Positions 12,507-24,270 of a DNA stretch of 64,000 bases are shown here, piece by piece. The notes under the pieces were generated by a model. That model saw only the letters and a program-made list of their open reading frames with translations, did not search any database and was not told the origin of the DNA. Source of the DNA: Fimicolochytrium jonesii (lineage: Eukaryota); contig NW_026515677.1 in assembly GCF_025526975.1 (NCBI RefSeq), positions 620,001 through 684,000 on the forward strand. The letters run 5' to 3'. Numbering within the stretch: position 1 is the first letter of the stretch; every line of letters starts with the position of its first letter. The translations under genes and the position numbers were made by a program.

Positions 12507-14408
12507 TCAGTACCTACGATGCGCCTGCGCCTGGCCATGATCTCTATGCCCGTGTCGATAAGGATCATCTTGTCTTCGGTCCCTATCCCTATTCCTATCG
12601 CCATCCCCGTTACGGCCTCGGTCATTCCCGCCATTCCGACTATAAGGAGAGAACCGATTATTGTGGGCAGAAGACTGGTATCGTCCGTCGTTGTTCCTGT
12701 CTCGTCCATAGGGTGTATCTGGTGGTGGCCTCCTGCTTGCCTGAAGATCGCAACGCTGTTAATGATCTGCTCATGCGCGTGGGAGACAAAGCTCTGCACC
12801 CGTACCTGCGGAATTGGCAGCTTCCATTCCTGTAAACATCTCCGTCTTATACCCTCTTGATCGTATTCGGGCCTTGCTTTATCATTGGCGTATTTATAGA
12901 GTTCTTCCAACGCTTCCTTTTGCCACATCGTTAACCTAGGGAAGATATGATGCATTCATTCGCCTCGCTCAACGGTATACCCAATGGTATGGGTGGGCTC
13001 CAAACCTACCTCATATTTTGCGACTTAATCGGCCCGATGAGACCCTTCTCTTTCATCACGATCTCTGGATCGACAATATGTACAACCTCCGTAAGCCCAT
13101 TCTTGATCTTCTCTTCGCGGGGCAAGAACCCAGGTTGCTGCGTCGCGTGGCTCGAAATGATCGGTTTGGCAGCGTCGTCCCCTTTCAGCTCATTGAACTT
13201 ATCGTTCACACCAAATAGGTGCTGCAAGACTTGCGCGTTAGGTTTCGCGCGTAGCGACCGGCATACGATGTAGCGCTCAGAATTGGCCGGACGGCTGGTG
13301 AAAGGCTTCACTATGGCGATCTTCTCGAACATTCGGTACAGGATATATACAAGCTCAACCATAAACGGCGTATACAGATCGAAAACCTTGAAAAGAAAAT
13401 CGCCGTGTTCCCGCAGGACAGAAAGCCCAATGAGGACTTGACACAGCAGGATCTGACGTGAGTGATCTTCCTGGTTCCACTCGTCTCCTGTCACGTTGAA
13501 GCCCCCATCGCATGTGACCAAATCTACGCCTTCGGTTTGAGACCCAGCTTCAACAAGATCGACAAAAGCCTTGATATTTGCAGTTCGATAAACGTCCCCG
13601 GTTTGGTCTGCTCCGTAAAACGGCTGGAACCGATTGGGCACATCGATCGCAGGATCCATCTTCTCCAGAGCAAAATCCTGTTCGCCTTTCAGCGTCATGC
13701 CCCATCCTTTCGCCTGCAAACCCATCTGCTTCGTCCGCCATAGTATGTACTCCGTGAACCCTCCTGGTCCCGAACATAGATCCACAAAGCGGAACTCCCC
13801 GTTCGCACATCGCTCCCGCGCCCGATCCAAAAATTGGCACAGTGCGTCCAGGTTGGCCATCTTGACGGCCGACCGGTTCACGAAAATTGATCTTCCCACG
13901 AGCTCGTACGGGTTTGCGCGGGATCGGGCATAGTGCAATGCTTGCGGCGTTAGGTCGTGGACTTTGACTTTTGTCTCGTAGAGCTGGTTCACAATCTCTT
14001 TCATGCAGAACAAGCTGTAGTCCAATTCCTTAACCTAAAGTAGCACCAGGATTCAGTGCCTGATAACACTGAGCTCCCGCATATGCATAAACCTACCGGT
14101 TCGACAGTGCAAGCCAAAACGTCCACCCATGTCGTGTCATCCAATGGCAGTGCACAGGTGAGCCATTGCACAGCTTGTTGATGAGGTATCGTTATGTCAT
14201 CCCGGTAGACTGGCGTCGGTGGTCGTTCCACCTGTCTGGAAGCGTCGCGGCCATCTCTCCCACCTCTGCCATCCCTTGCATCATCCCGCTTCCCGCCACA
14301 GCTTCGGTGCTCACGGGGCGGGGTTAGGCGCGGCAGAGGAACCGGAGACACTAGCGGGGTTGCAAGGTATTTTGGGTCACTCAGATAAAGGTCCTGTGTT
14401 TCCGCCAT
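12507..14408 (-). CDS. CMTR1: Cap1 mRNA (nucleoside-2'-O)-methyltransferase, FtsJ/RrmJ fold, CMTR1-like; 4 exons, Arg/Asp-rich tail
   Basis: ARSRANPYE, NRSAVKMANLD, DLCSGPGGFTEYILWR, GMTLKG, DGGF, KVFD, KPFTSRPANSERY: complete K-D-K-E tetrad; first intron 14096-14035. Confidence 0.88.
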
Positions 14409-14549
14409 CTCTGATAGCTCTGGATCGGTGAACCTCCTTGTGCTTTAACTGGCTATCCTTGTGTAGCGAAAGGGGTCTGGATCTGGACCAGCGTTCTAAG
14501 ACCGACACAGCAGGCTCCACACCCGCACGTCGTCACTGCACCTGTATCC

Positions 14550-14619
14550 GACAGTTTGGGTGGTCTAAGGCGTTAGACTTGAAATCTACTGGGCTCTGCC
14601 CGCGCAAGTTCGAAGCAGC
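14550..14619 (+). pseudogene. Degenerate tRNA-Ser(TGA)
   Basis: GACAGTTTGG(-CCGA)GTGGTCTAAGGCG-TTAGA-CTTGAAA-TCTAC-TGGGCTCTGCCCGC-GCAAGTTCGAA; D arm and 3' T-stem have deletions and the 3' acceptor strand is missing. Confidence 0.8.
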
Positions 14620-14918
14620 AACAAATAGCGCAAAAGGCGATGGGTGTTCACAGCGCTGCAACCTATCAGTTAGCCCACTCGCCTCACACATAAGCATCCC
14701 GCAACTTTCATAGCTGGTCCCATTTCTGAGAGGTCACTTGTCCACACAGTTGAACAGGCTGTTGCTCAATCCACATACCTTGCTTCACTCGGTGTGGTAG
14801 GCGGGGAAAAGATGTTATATCATATATTGGGCTGTCGGTCGAGCGCAGCGAGCCGGCTTCTAAAGTATAAGAAAAACTACAAGGAAGTCGCATGACTGGG
14901 GAATAAACTAGCTAAGAG

Positions 14919-14972
14919 TTAGGGTTTCGGTTGGGATTAGGGTTCGGGGATTAGGGTTCGGGGGTTAGGGTT
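14919..14972 (+). repeat. Interstitial telomere-like array (TTAGGG/TTCGGG variants, 4 TTAGGG)
   Basis: ttagggtttcggttgggattagggttcggggattagggttcgggggttagggtt. Confidence 0.75.
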
Positions 14973-15540
14973 GCGGCGTCGACTCCACACCGCACCACAG
15001 CGTTATCCGCAAAGGCCGGGCGGAAGTGATGCCGGCGAGAACTCGGCCGCTTTAGAAGCAGGCACGTTCTCGGTGGAGGTGTCAGGTCGGGCGGGCTGAG
15101 GACGAGAGCTTTACAGTTTGGTAGTAGCTTGCTTACAGGTGTCGGTTACTTGCTTATACGGGTCCGTCGCTGGCTTGCTTGCGAGAGTGGTGTTCTTCAA
15201 GTGGTTTCAAGTGCGCTTTTTCGTCTCCGCTTTCTCGTCTGAGCGGTGTGGAGGCGATTCTGTCAGCTAGTCCCAGCGTTTTTCGACAGCTCCAGGACGG
15301 GGGTATATGTAGAATGCTTACCGCAAAATCGCCTTGTGAGGTGGCCAATATAATGGAGTGCCGGGAGGCGCCGCGGAAGACTCTGCTTTGGGGAAGGAAG
15401 TTGAGAGGTTGAGAGGGTGTCAAGGGTAACTTTCAGAATATCAACAAGAGTGTGGGGTCACGTAAGGGCGGTGGTTATGACATTCTGTCGAATTACTGCC
15501 AGGGTTGCACCTTTATATAAGAGGTTCTGAGCAGCTGCGT

Positions 15541-15610
15541 GTGTCAGTCTTGAATATCGAAAACTGATGTGCTATGCACGCGCAGGTTTGAATCCTGCTG
15601 GTGTCGTTTT
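15541..15610 (+). pseudogene. 3' portion of a tRNA-Ser (probably CGA) relic with T-run terminator
   Basis: TCAGT...ACTGA anticodon stem with a 7-nt loop insertion, GTGC-TAT-GCAC variable arm, GCAGG-TTTGAAT-CCTGC T arm, TGGTGTCG then TTTT; 5' acceptor strand and D arm absent. Confidence 0.75.
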
Positions 15611-16291
15611 GTCTGTAGTTAGTGTGAAGCTTCCTTTTGCTGCCACTTGCGCATGTACGCCATGCTATATATAATGGGAATTGCTAACGACGCTACTATA
15701 TCCACGCTACAACAAAGGTATGCTGTATCTACTACAGACGCTGAGGAGGTCTCGTATCATGATTCGACTGCCAGGAGGTCTTTAAGGAGGGGGACCTCAT
15801 GCAATAGGTGATAGGGGTTGTGCTCATAGTAGATAGCATAGCTTTGTTGGTCTTAGAAAAGTGCGTTGGAGTGTTGTGTGCGTTGGACTGTCCGGCACTC
15901 ACTTGCCCGGCTTCACGCAGCGCGGGAAGTACCGGGTCGAGTATGATACGGGGCTTTTGGCACGAGTATTTGCACAACCTTGAAACCCCACGGCGAGGAC
16001 GAGCAGGCTGAGCAAAAGGCGTATGACGGCGTAGAGGTTTTCTGAGTCCCGTTCTGTGGCGCTCTGCGTCACATGTATGTAGACACCAGCCGACAGTCTT
16101 GAACTGATGTGCATAGGGACGTATCTTGCTCTCGTCGTTTTGTCCGTTGTTGGTGTCAACAAGCTAGCTCAGCTAGCAAAGTAACATTCCGATAACCGTG
16201 TACATAAAACTAGGACCTAAAGCTATCATCACTTGCGCATGGACGTCAAGGTGTCCATGGCCATCACTTGCGCATGGGCGTATAGATGTCT

Positions 16292-16418
16292 ACATTCTAT
16301 GATCTAAAAGACATCAGCGCTTAAATCGAGTATCGCGCACAAAAAAGACGGCGACATTCTATGATCTAAAAGACATCAGCGCTTAAATCGAGTATCGCGC
16401 ACAAAAAAGACGGCGACA
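16292..16418. repeat. Perfect 62-bp tandem duplication overlapping the MFS stop codon
   Basis: acattctatgatctaaaagacatcagcgcttaaatcgagtatcgcgcacaaaaaagacggcg at 16292 and 16354. Confidence 0.9.
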
Positions 16419-18214
16419 AGCATGGCAACGGCTGCCAGGGCCGCTCCGAGAATGAAAGCGCCTCGGTATCCCCGGAGTCGATCGGGATTAGGCCCGTGAT
16501 AGTCGCCAACTTGAACTTCCACTGTTGCCTACGGGCCGAAGAGCAGCAAATATGAGTGGGAGTTCAACGGAAGAAGGTCGCTCAATAGGAGAGAAAGACT
16601 CCGGAAACACCAAACCAGAAAGGTACACCGCAAGGGAACTTACCGCCAGTCCAACTCCGATGCTTAGCGAGTACAAAACGGCGGTTGAAACCATGCTCCC
16701 TGCAACTCCTTGAAGTTCCGGTGCAACAGCGTTCGAAGCCATAATCGAAGCGCTAGCAAAACTGAGATCCGGGCCGAAGACAACAAGGCATAGCAAGATG
16801 AAGACGGCTGCCCAGTAAGACTGTTCAATAGGAACGAAGATCATCCCGAAGCACCCGATGAAAAAGGCGGTCATCGATACCCCAAATACATATTGGGCCG
16901 GGACGCGAGGCAGAAATGCACCAACGCAGAAAGTAGCGACGGCCCCACCAATCATAAGTGGCACAAGCTCGGCTGCAACGGTCAGCGGCGTCAGATTGCG
17001 AAAGTTGAGCAAACTAAGGGAGAGGAAAGATTAGGGTTCGCACTCTTTCTCCGGGAAACTGTCCGTTTAAACGAGACAATGCCAGGCGGCGTCGCAGGAT
17101 TCAAGACTTACAAAGTTGTAGTGTACCAGAGAAAGATACTGAAACTAGCCCAGCCGAAGCACATGCAGATGATGATGGGAGTGAAACCCGATGCCTTCCA
17201 GATCTTCATAGGCAAGATCGGCTTCGACGCCTTGCTTTCCGCGTACACAAAGAGCGCACCCGATAGGACGCCCATGATGAGAAGAATGTAAATATACGGC
17301 GTGTCCCAACCTTTTGCGGGTGCGTCACTGAAACGGTCGATTAGATTGCATTCGGAAGGTGCGTGAACGAAGACGTGAAGATGGGACTTACTTGATAGCA
17401 TAAGAGATCAAGATGAGGCAAGTGAGGCCGAGGATCGCGCCGGCCCAGTCGAAATCTCTATCCGACGGGTCTCCCCGGCTCGACTCGGCTGGAACGTTGA
17501 AAAATGTAGATCCGGCGACCGCGAGGCACATGAACCCCCATACATAGAAGGTCCACCTCCAGGTGGTGTACGTTGCGAAGATGGCGCCAACAACGCCGCC
17601 GAAGAGGTATCCACACGGCGCAAGGAAACCCAGAATTGCAAAGGCAATGTTCTTGCGCGGCGAGATGCCGTACGTGATCCCGAGGAGGGCCATTGAACTT
17701 GGACCCAAAGCGGCCGCTCCGATGCCCGCCATTGCACGCGATGTGATGAACATGCTTTCAGACTTGGACGCGCCGCAAATGAATGTCCATAATGCCATCC
17801 ATAGCCAGCCAGCGATGTACACCTGCTTGTGGCCGAGCATGTCACCGATCCGGCCGGCGATCAAGACCAGTGCTCCTCCTGTCAGTCTGTACAAGTATGT
17901 TACTAAACGGCCGTCGGAGTATGTAAATGTGTGCTAACTTACGAGAATGCGGCCATGAACCAGGCGAGAGAAGCAACATCAGATGTGCCGACTCCAGCAG
18001 CGATCTGGTTCAGTGTAAAGGTCGTGTTCCCCAGCGCCCCTACTGTAAGGAGTTGGGATGCGGCGATGCAAGCAATGAATTGTGCTTCGTGGAGCCCATT
18101 CCGAAAAACGGCAGGCCGGCTACCATCTGCTCCTTGCGATGGGGATTTTCCTCCCGATTCCACGTCAGAAAGTCGATATGGAAGTTCGGACAGGTTCTTC
18201 TGCGCTTGTGACAT
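16376..18214 (-). CDS. MFS drug:H+ antiporter, DHA2 family (Atr1-like), multi-exon
   Basis: LIAGRIGDMLGHK motif A, RAMAGIGAA, WRWTF, FDWAGA, GPDLSF, QGVAGS; TATAAA upstream near 18305. Confidence 0.88.
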
Positions 18215-19465
18215 GGTCGTGAGATTTGCAGGAGGCGAAGTGGTAGGACGAGATCAAGGTGGGTCAGCAGATGGAGGACGTCCCTAGAGCTTTGATGTCC
18301 TCTTTATAGGGCCTCGCTTCGCACGCCCCCGTCCAATCCCAGCATCTCCGAAGCAGACAGTTCCGACATAGTTCCGAAATAGGTCCGATCCCGAAGGAAA
18401 AAGAGGAATCAAATCTTAGGGCAATCATGATGGGGTTCGGAGTTGCAGCCCCGGTGATGCAGTGGGCATTTGTCACAAAAGCTGCAAAAAGAAACTACCG
18501 ACCCCGACAGCGTTCCGAGTGCGGTCAGTCGGGCGCATGGGCGTGAGCTTTGACGCGTTAGCGCTGGGGGGCTGGGACGCGTTCTGTCTTCTGACAAGAC
18601 ATCTATACGACATGCTTGTCCACGAAGTGCGACCGGCCAGACGCCCACGACCAAGAGTGTTCAAGAAATTGGGAGGCTTTTGAGGTTTTTGTCGTTCAGA
18701 CTGAGGCAGATGTATGCCAAAGCCCTCTCGTCCTTCCTCTCCATCGACTCCTCCTCCTCCCCTTCAGCCCCCTTTCCCTGCAAGCCAACTCCGGAGAGTT
18801 CGGACTCCGGAGAGCCTATGATGATGAGAAAGCATCGGAGCTTCGGAGGCCCGAAGAAGGCAAATGCCGAACACAAGTGCTGGATGCACATCTACGGGGA
18901 AATGTGGAAACGCATTCGATGACGGAAAGTGTATGTATATTACCCCCAACGCTGAAACGGCAGCCACTAGTAACAACAGAACCTGATATGCCCAGCTTGG
19001 ATGGAAGATACGATACGCACTCTATTTTGGCCAGTTGGATCCAATTGTGTCATGAAAATATAAAGGGTCGAGAACTTTCCTTGCCAGTTGCCAACGAGTA
19101 TAGCTGGATGTGACGGAAAAAAAAAGCGTCAAAATCGGTTCTCGACTCACGTGGTCTGGCTCGATTATAGAATAAATTCGCTCCGCTGTCATTTTGGCTT
19201 CGTCGGGGACTTCTCATTCGGATGTAGTGCACACAGCACACTCTGCACATCGCCTCTATCACTGATCGTCCGTCCCCGCGCTGTGTATGAACCAGTGCGT
19301 CAAAAAGCAACACTCAATCACCTCTACTTGTTGATTTTCCAGGACTTTGAACGTACGAGGAACCACGAGCGGTGACATTCTGACGAAGGACCCGGGCTTA
19401 CGAGAATCGATGTCGGGGAATACCAGGGTTTCATTAACGCCAAAATCTCTCAATAACAGGAAACT

Positions 19466-20509
19466 ATGGCTGAAGAAGAAGTGACACTCCACGCTTCTGG
19501 CGAGGATGAGGCGGGGCTTGAGGGCGGAGAGGAGCTCGACAAGGTGCGTAGTAGGAACCGAGGTCAATTCGGACACACCCGATAACGGAGAGTTGTCTGT
19601 AGTCTCCACGGATGCTGCAGTTTCACGAGACGAGCAAGCTCTCAACCAAGTCTCTGATGCATTTATAGGAAGTACTTGCGATGCAAGCTCGCATTCAAGA
19701 AATGGAAGCAGAGGCACGAAAGCTACAGGAAATGCAAGCACAAGTGGATAAGGACATGGGATCGGCCAATGGGGAGGGTATGTCACAACCGTTGGAGCAT
19801 CATGTCCGCAGAAACTTATATAACATCTATTCTATCGCAGAAAGCAAAGAAGACGTCGATAGTCGATCGATTTACATCGGGAATGTAAGATTAGAACCGA
19901 TCCCTCCTTCATCTCTCATTGCAAGTATCTTACAATCCTTGTTACAGGTCGACTACAGCGCGACACCAGAAGATATCCAAGCGCACTTCCAATCTTGTGG
20001 GACAATCAACCGTGTGACGATCCTATGTGATAAGTGGACAGGACATCCTAAAGGGTACTTGTTTGAATTGCGCACGCTGTTGGAATCCCAGAATCATTAA
20101 AGATGCTTACCCCATAACGTCATAGTTATGCATACGTTGAGTTCGCTGACCCGGCCATCGTAACGAACGCCCTTGTGCTGAACGACTCGCTCTTCAAGGG
20201 AAGGCCCATCAAGGTAAGACGGGACATACTAGAAGAGCCGTTTGTCTCTCGTTATGCTGATCTTCTTCCTGCACAAGGTTACCGCGAAGCGAACGAATGT
20301 TCCAGGGATGCTCCGCGGTCGCGGTCGCGGTGGATTCAGAGGCGGTGGGTATAGAGGTTTCCGGGGTGGACACGGTACATTCCGAGGGCGGCCAGGCTAC
20401 AGGTAAGGATGTGACCATATCTCCCGGAGCCCCTTGCTACAGTTTCGATTTTTGATTTCATTCTTTCGTTTCCTTCAGGGGCCGTCGAGGGCACTTCGCA
20501 CCTTATTAG
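19466..20509 (+). CDS. PABPN1: Nuclear poly(A)-binding protein (RRM), multi-exon
   Basis: RIQEMEAEA coiled coil, [51 protein letters not shown] tail ending FAPY*. Confidence 0.93.
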
Positions 20510-20749
20510 TGTCATCTTTTAGAAGAATGAGCTGTTACCGATGCGTCTCTACGCATCTTGCAACGAAATAACCATGATTCCACTGTATATCTTCAACGCG
20601 TAATTTGGCCACTCTTAGGCTCATAAGTCGAAGCACTCTTGCAGCTCAAAACCAATGCCACTAAGCTAGCAGAATCTTCCATCGCACGGTCATATCTACT
20701 TAGTCTATCTATATTGGCCCCCAATTGATTTAAAGAAACGAGTTTGGTA

Positions 20750-21086
20750 CAGTAACTTCTCGTTTATTTCAACACCGTTGACCCTTGAAATAAGCGAAAG
20801 TTGAAATATCTGAAATCCTCCTCATACTAAGGGTATACAAACAGGTGCGCAACTAAAACGTACGCTAAGCTCGGTGAACAGGCACTCCCTAGGCTAACCC
20901 CATAACCTCCAACCCTTCCTCACTAAGAATCTGGCGAGCAATGAACTCTTCAGTGTGCTCAAGCCTCATGCTCTCAGTGTTGTCAAAGTCAATGTTACCC
21001 GAACCCTAACCCTAACCCTAACCCTCTGATCGTTGAAATAAGCGAAAGTTGAAGGAACCGGAATTGAAATAAACGAGAAGTTACTG
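20750..21086. mobile_element. Non-autonomous Tc1/mariner (pogo-like) MITE, 337 bp, TA target duplication
   Basis: Perfect 23-bp TIRs CAGTAACTTCTCGTTTATTTCAA (20750-20772) and TTGAAATAAACGAGAAGTTACTG (21064-21086), flanked by TA; internal direct repeat TTGAAATAAGCGAAAGTTGAA. Confidence 0.9.
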
Positions 21087-21263
21087 TAGTGCGAAAACCC
21101 GGAAAACTGCTCGCGCGCATAGTGCGATGTCGACTCAAGTGGCTAACGCGTTGCGACCAGACCTCGACAGGTTCGTTTTTCCGTCCAAGCGATCCAAAAC
21201 TCGCAACCGCGTGTGGGTTAATCCCCCCCTCAAGCGGCGTAGTAGTCTCTCAAGCGTGCAAAC

Positions 21264-24183
21264 ATGGCTGCGTCGCTACCACCTGCCCTGCAGGCTTTAT
21301 TGCGTGCTCGTCTCCTCGTATTGGGGCAACAGACAGTGAGACCAACGGTTCGGATGATACCACGGTTCAGGCCAGCGCTCCGCCAATATGAGACGTCGGC
21401 GGCAAACTCTCCCGGCGTAGCTTACGTGAGTAAATCGTTCGCCGAGAGTGGCTTGGGAGCCTTAACTGACTCTGACACTCTCTTAGCAGGCAAGCGATAC
21501 GGGAGCTCATGTTCGGAAGGTAGCACGGAATGCGGATAGCACGGAAGCCCTGGAAGCCTTGAGGCACCACTTGCAAAGAAATGACGCAGAGAGAGTCTTC
21601 TCCGCATACCGGAATCTGAGGGCTGACACTGGATCGACGGGCTTGAGTCAGCTTAGCACGGAAGACTACTCGTCCATATGGCAGGCCTTCCATGAAGCGA
21701 GAGAACGATCGATGGAGCTGCATGCGAACGACTACAAAGACTTGATGGAAGACATGCGAGCAATGCGTTTGGCGCCAAACGAAATGCAGTACAATGCATA
21801 CATTATTGCGTGCAGGGAAGACGGATTGCTGGATGAATGCCTGGAGGGTTGGCAACGAATGAAAGCGGAGGGACTCCAGCCATCGTTCAATGCGTATAAG
21901 AGCATCTTGGCTTGTATCCGAGATGCAGTTCAGGCCCGTGAGGTGCTGAAGACTGTTGTAGCTGATGCCGGTTTCCCTGTTACCACGTTGGAACGGTGTG
22001 CGCTTGTCGAATGTCCCAAGGAAGCTGGATCAGGAGTGGGGGTTACTGCGGGCACGGATAACCGCGGACTTTTGCCTGATGTAGAGATGATCTCACAGGT
22101 GATGACCACTGCGATCGGAGCCGGGGAAGCCAATATTGCCGCGCAGGCATATGCCCTGGCCGCCGAGATAGGAATCAAAGTGGATGGTATCACGGTCGCC
22201 AACTATTTTGACTTCCTGGCAGCGCAAAGCATCAGAGTTGGCACGGTGGTCGACAAAAACCTTGTGAGGCTGAGCTTACAAGTCTTTCAGTCCGTATTTA
22301 CACGTGGGATCAAGCTCAACAGTAGACAAGCTTTGGACGTCCTCATCAACGGGCTGGTCACCACCAGAGACCTTCCGTCAGCGCTACATGTCGCCCGATC
22401 TGCCGCAGCATCGGGTTACGCTCTACTCCCAAGCACGTATTCCCGATTGATTCACGCACAAGTCAAAGCGAACAGTCTTAGCGGTGCCTTGACCGTATAC
22501 CGGGACTTGATGCTTGCAGGGTCCGTTCCGAACGAGGACACATACCGATACCTCTTCCAAGCACTGAGCCGTGTGTCATTTAGCCTCAGCACCTTGACGA
22601 CGATGAAATCATTATATGCCGACATGCAGATTGTGGGTGTTCAGGGCTCACCGCCGATCGTCGAAGCACTTCTTACGACGTGTTCGATACACGCGGACGT
22701 ACCCACCGGGCGGAAGTTGGCGGATGACTTCAAAGTTCGGCCGTTGTTCACGAAGACATCCTTTCATGCATTGCTCCAATTGGCCGCGTCCGATGAGGAT
22801 CCTGTGTGGATCCGAGATTTGCATGCGGCTATGCTTCGACGAGGGATGCAGCTTCATGGCCCAACGCTCACGATGGTTGTGGATGCAATGGCTCGAACGG
22901 ACATAGCAGCTGCCAATGAGTTTGTTCGACAACTCCTGGATGAGCAGACCCTCTCGACGCCAGTTGCCGAGGCTTTCATCCGACGAGCCTTAGTATCTGA
23001 AACGCCGTCATTAGCGGCGGACATTTACCACCTGCTACTTCAAGCTGACCTGCAAATAGCACGCGATCTGCAATGGAGCTTACTCCCACATCTCGTGAGA
23101 GCTGGAACAGTAGCCACGGGCGTGGCAATATACAACTCGCTACGGGACGAGCCGAGGTCATTGACGTCAGATGTCTACAACAGTCTGATGGGTGCCCTGC
23201 TCTCGCAAGGCTCACTTATAGATGCGACGAAGGTATTCCGCGACATGTTGGACTTCAAGATACAACTGCAGGACAACGAATGCATCGCGTTCCTACAAGC
23301 CCACTTGGACATCCAACGCCCAAGCGCAGCGAAGGATTTCGCGATGGATATCGCCGATAGGAGTTTCATGACTAAAGAAGTGTATGACTTCCTCATGGAG
23401 TACTTCATGTCGCTGGGCCGTGTGAACGACATTCTCGATGTCCTTGTCGCAACGAAAGGGATTGGGCTCGATTCGGGTCGAGTACTCGGCGTCACCCAAC
23501 TTGGGGAGCGCACCTATCCCCTTATCCGGTTTTATTTGCAGGGATGGGCTCTTCCCTTCAATCAAGTGAAGGCCACCATCCCAACCGAACTGGAAGAGTT
23601 GCTGCAGCGGACGCGTGAGGTCATGGAAACCATCCCCGGAGCACGCCCGGAAGATTTTGCTGGAATGGACAGACTGCTAGCGCAGGCCTGGCGCTGCCGG
23701 TTGTTACACTACCACGGCCTGATCGAGAAGGCACTCGAGACTCCGGAAAGGGAGGGCGTCCGGCAAGCCATACGTTATTTGAAAGAGATGCAGGAGGAGC
23801 TTCCTCCATCCGACGAGATGGCGCCGCACTTCGCAATGGTCATCAGGAGGCTGATTGAACGAGGCAATCCCTTTCAGGCCTTTGGGCAATACCAAAAAAT
23901 GCGAGCCTTCGGTATCAAAAACAACGACGAGACCCTCGGTTTAGCCATCAAATCTTTTCTACGGAGAAAGCGATTGGATGACGCCTACAACCTGTATCTT
24001 ACAGAAGCCACAGCGCGATATCCGGCGCCAGAAGGCGCCGCGATGCTGCGGGAGGCACTGCGGAAAGATGACCAGAGTGGCAAAGCTAAGCAAGTCGGAG
24101 ATAGATTGTACCGGTTGCAAGGGAAAGGAGAACCAGCGGTGGAACCGTTCTGGCAGAAAGTCATAAATATAGAGAAGGAATAG
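21264..24183 (+). CDS. Mitochondrial pentatricopeptide-repeat (PPR) protein; one short intron near 21426-21489
   Basis: Presequence-like MAASLPPALQALLRARLL; PPR-like units PNEMQYNAYIIAC, PSFNAYKSIL, STYSRLIHAQVK, DVYNSLMGALL. Confidence 0.8.
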
Positions 24184-24270
24184 AAGATAGACTCCGAACG
24201 GCTGCGAAGTAGATTGTCTATAATATACGCCAAATAGTACATCTACAGAAGCTAGTTCGAAACCAACCAA

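Noticed and set aside
14503..14530. Possible third tRNA 3'-end relic on the minus strand (CCTGCTGTGTCG)
   Set aside because: T loop unrecognisable and match too short
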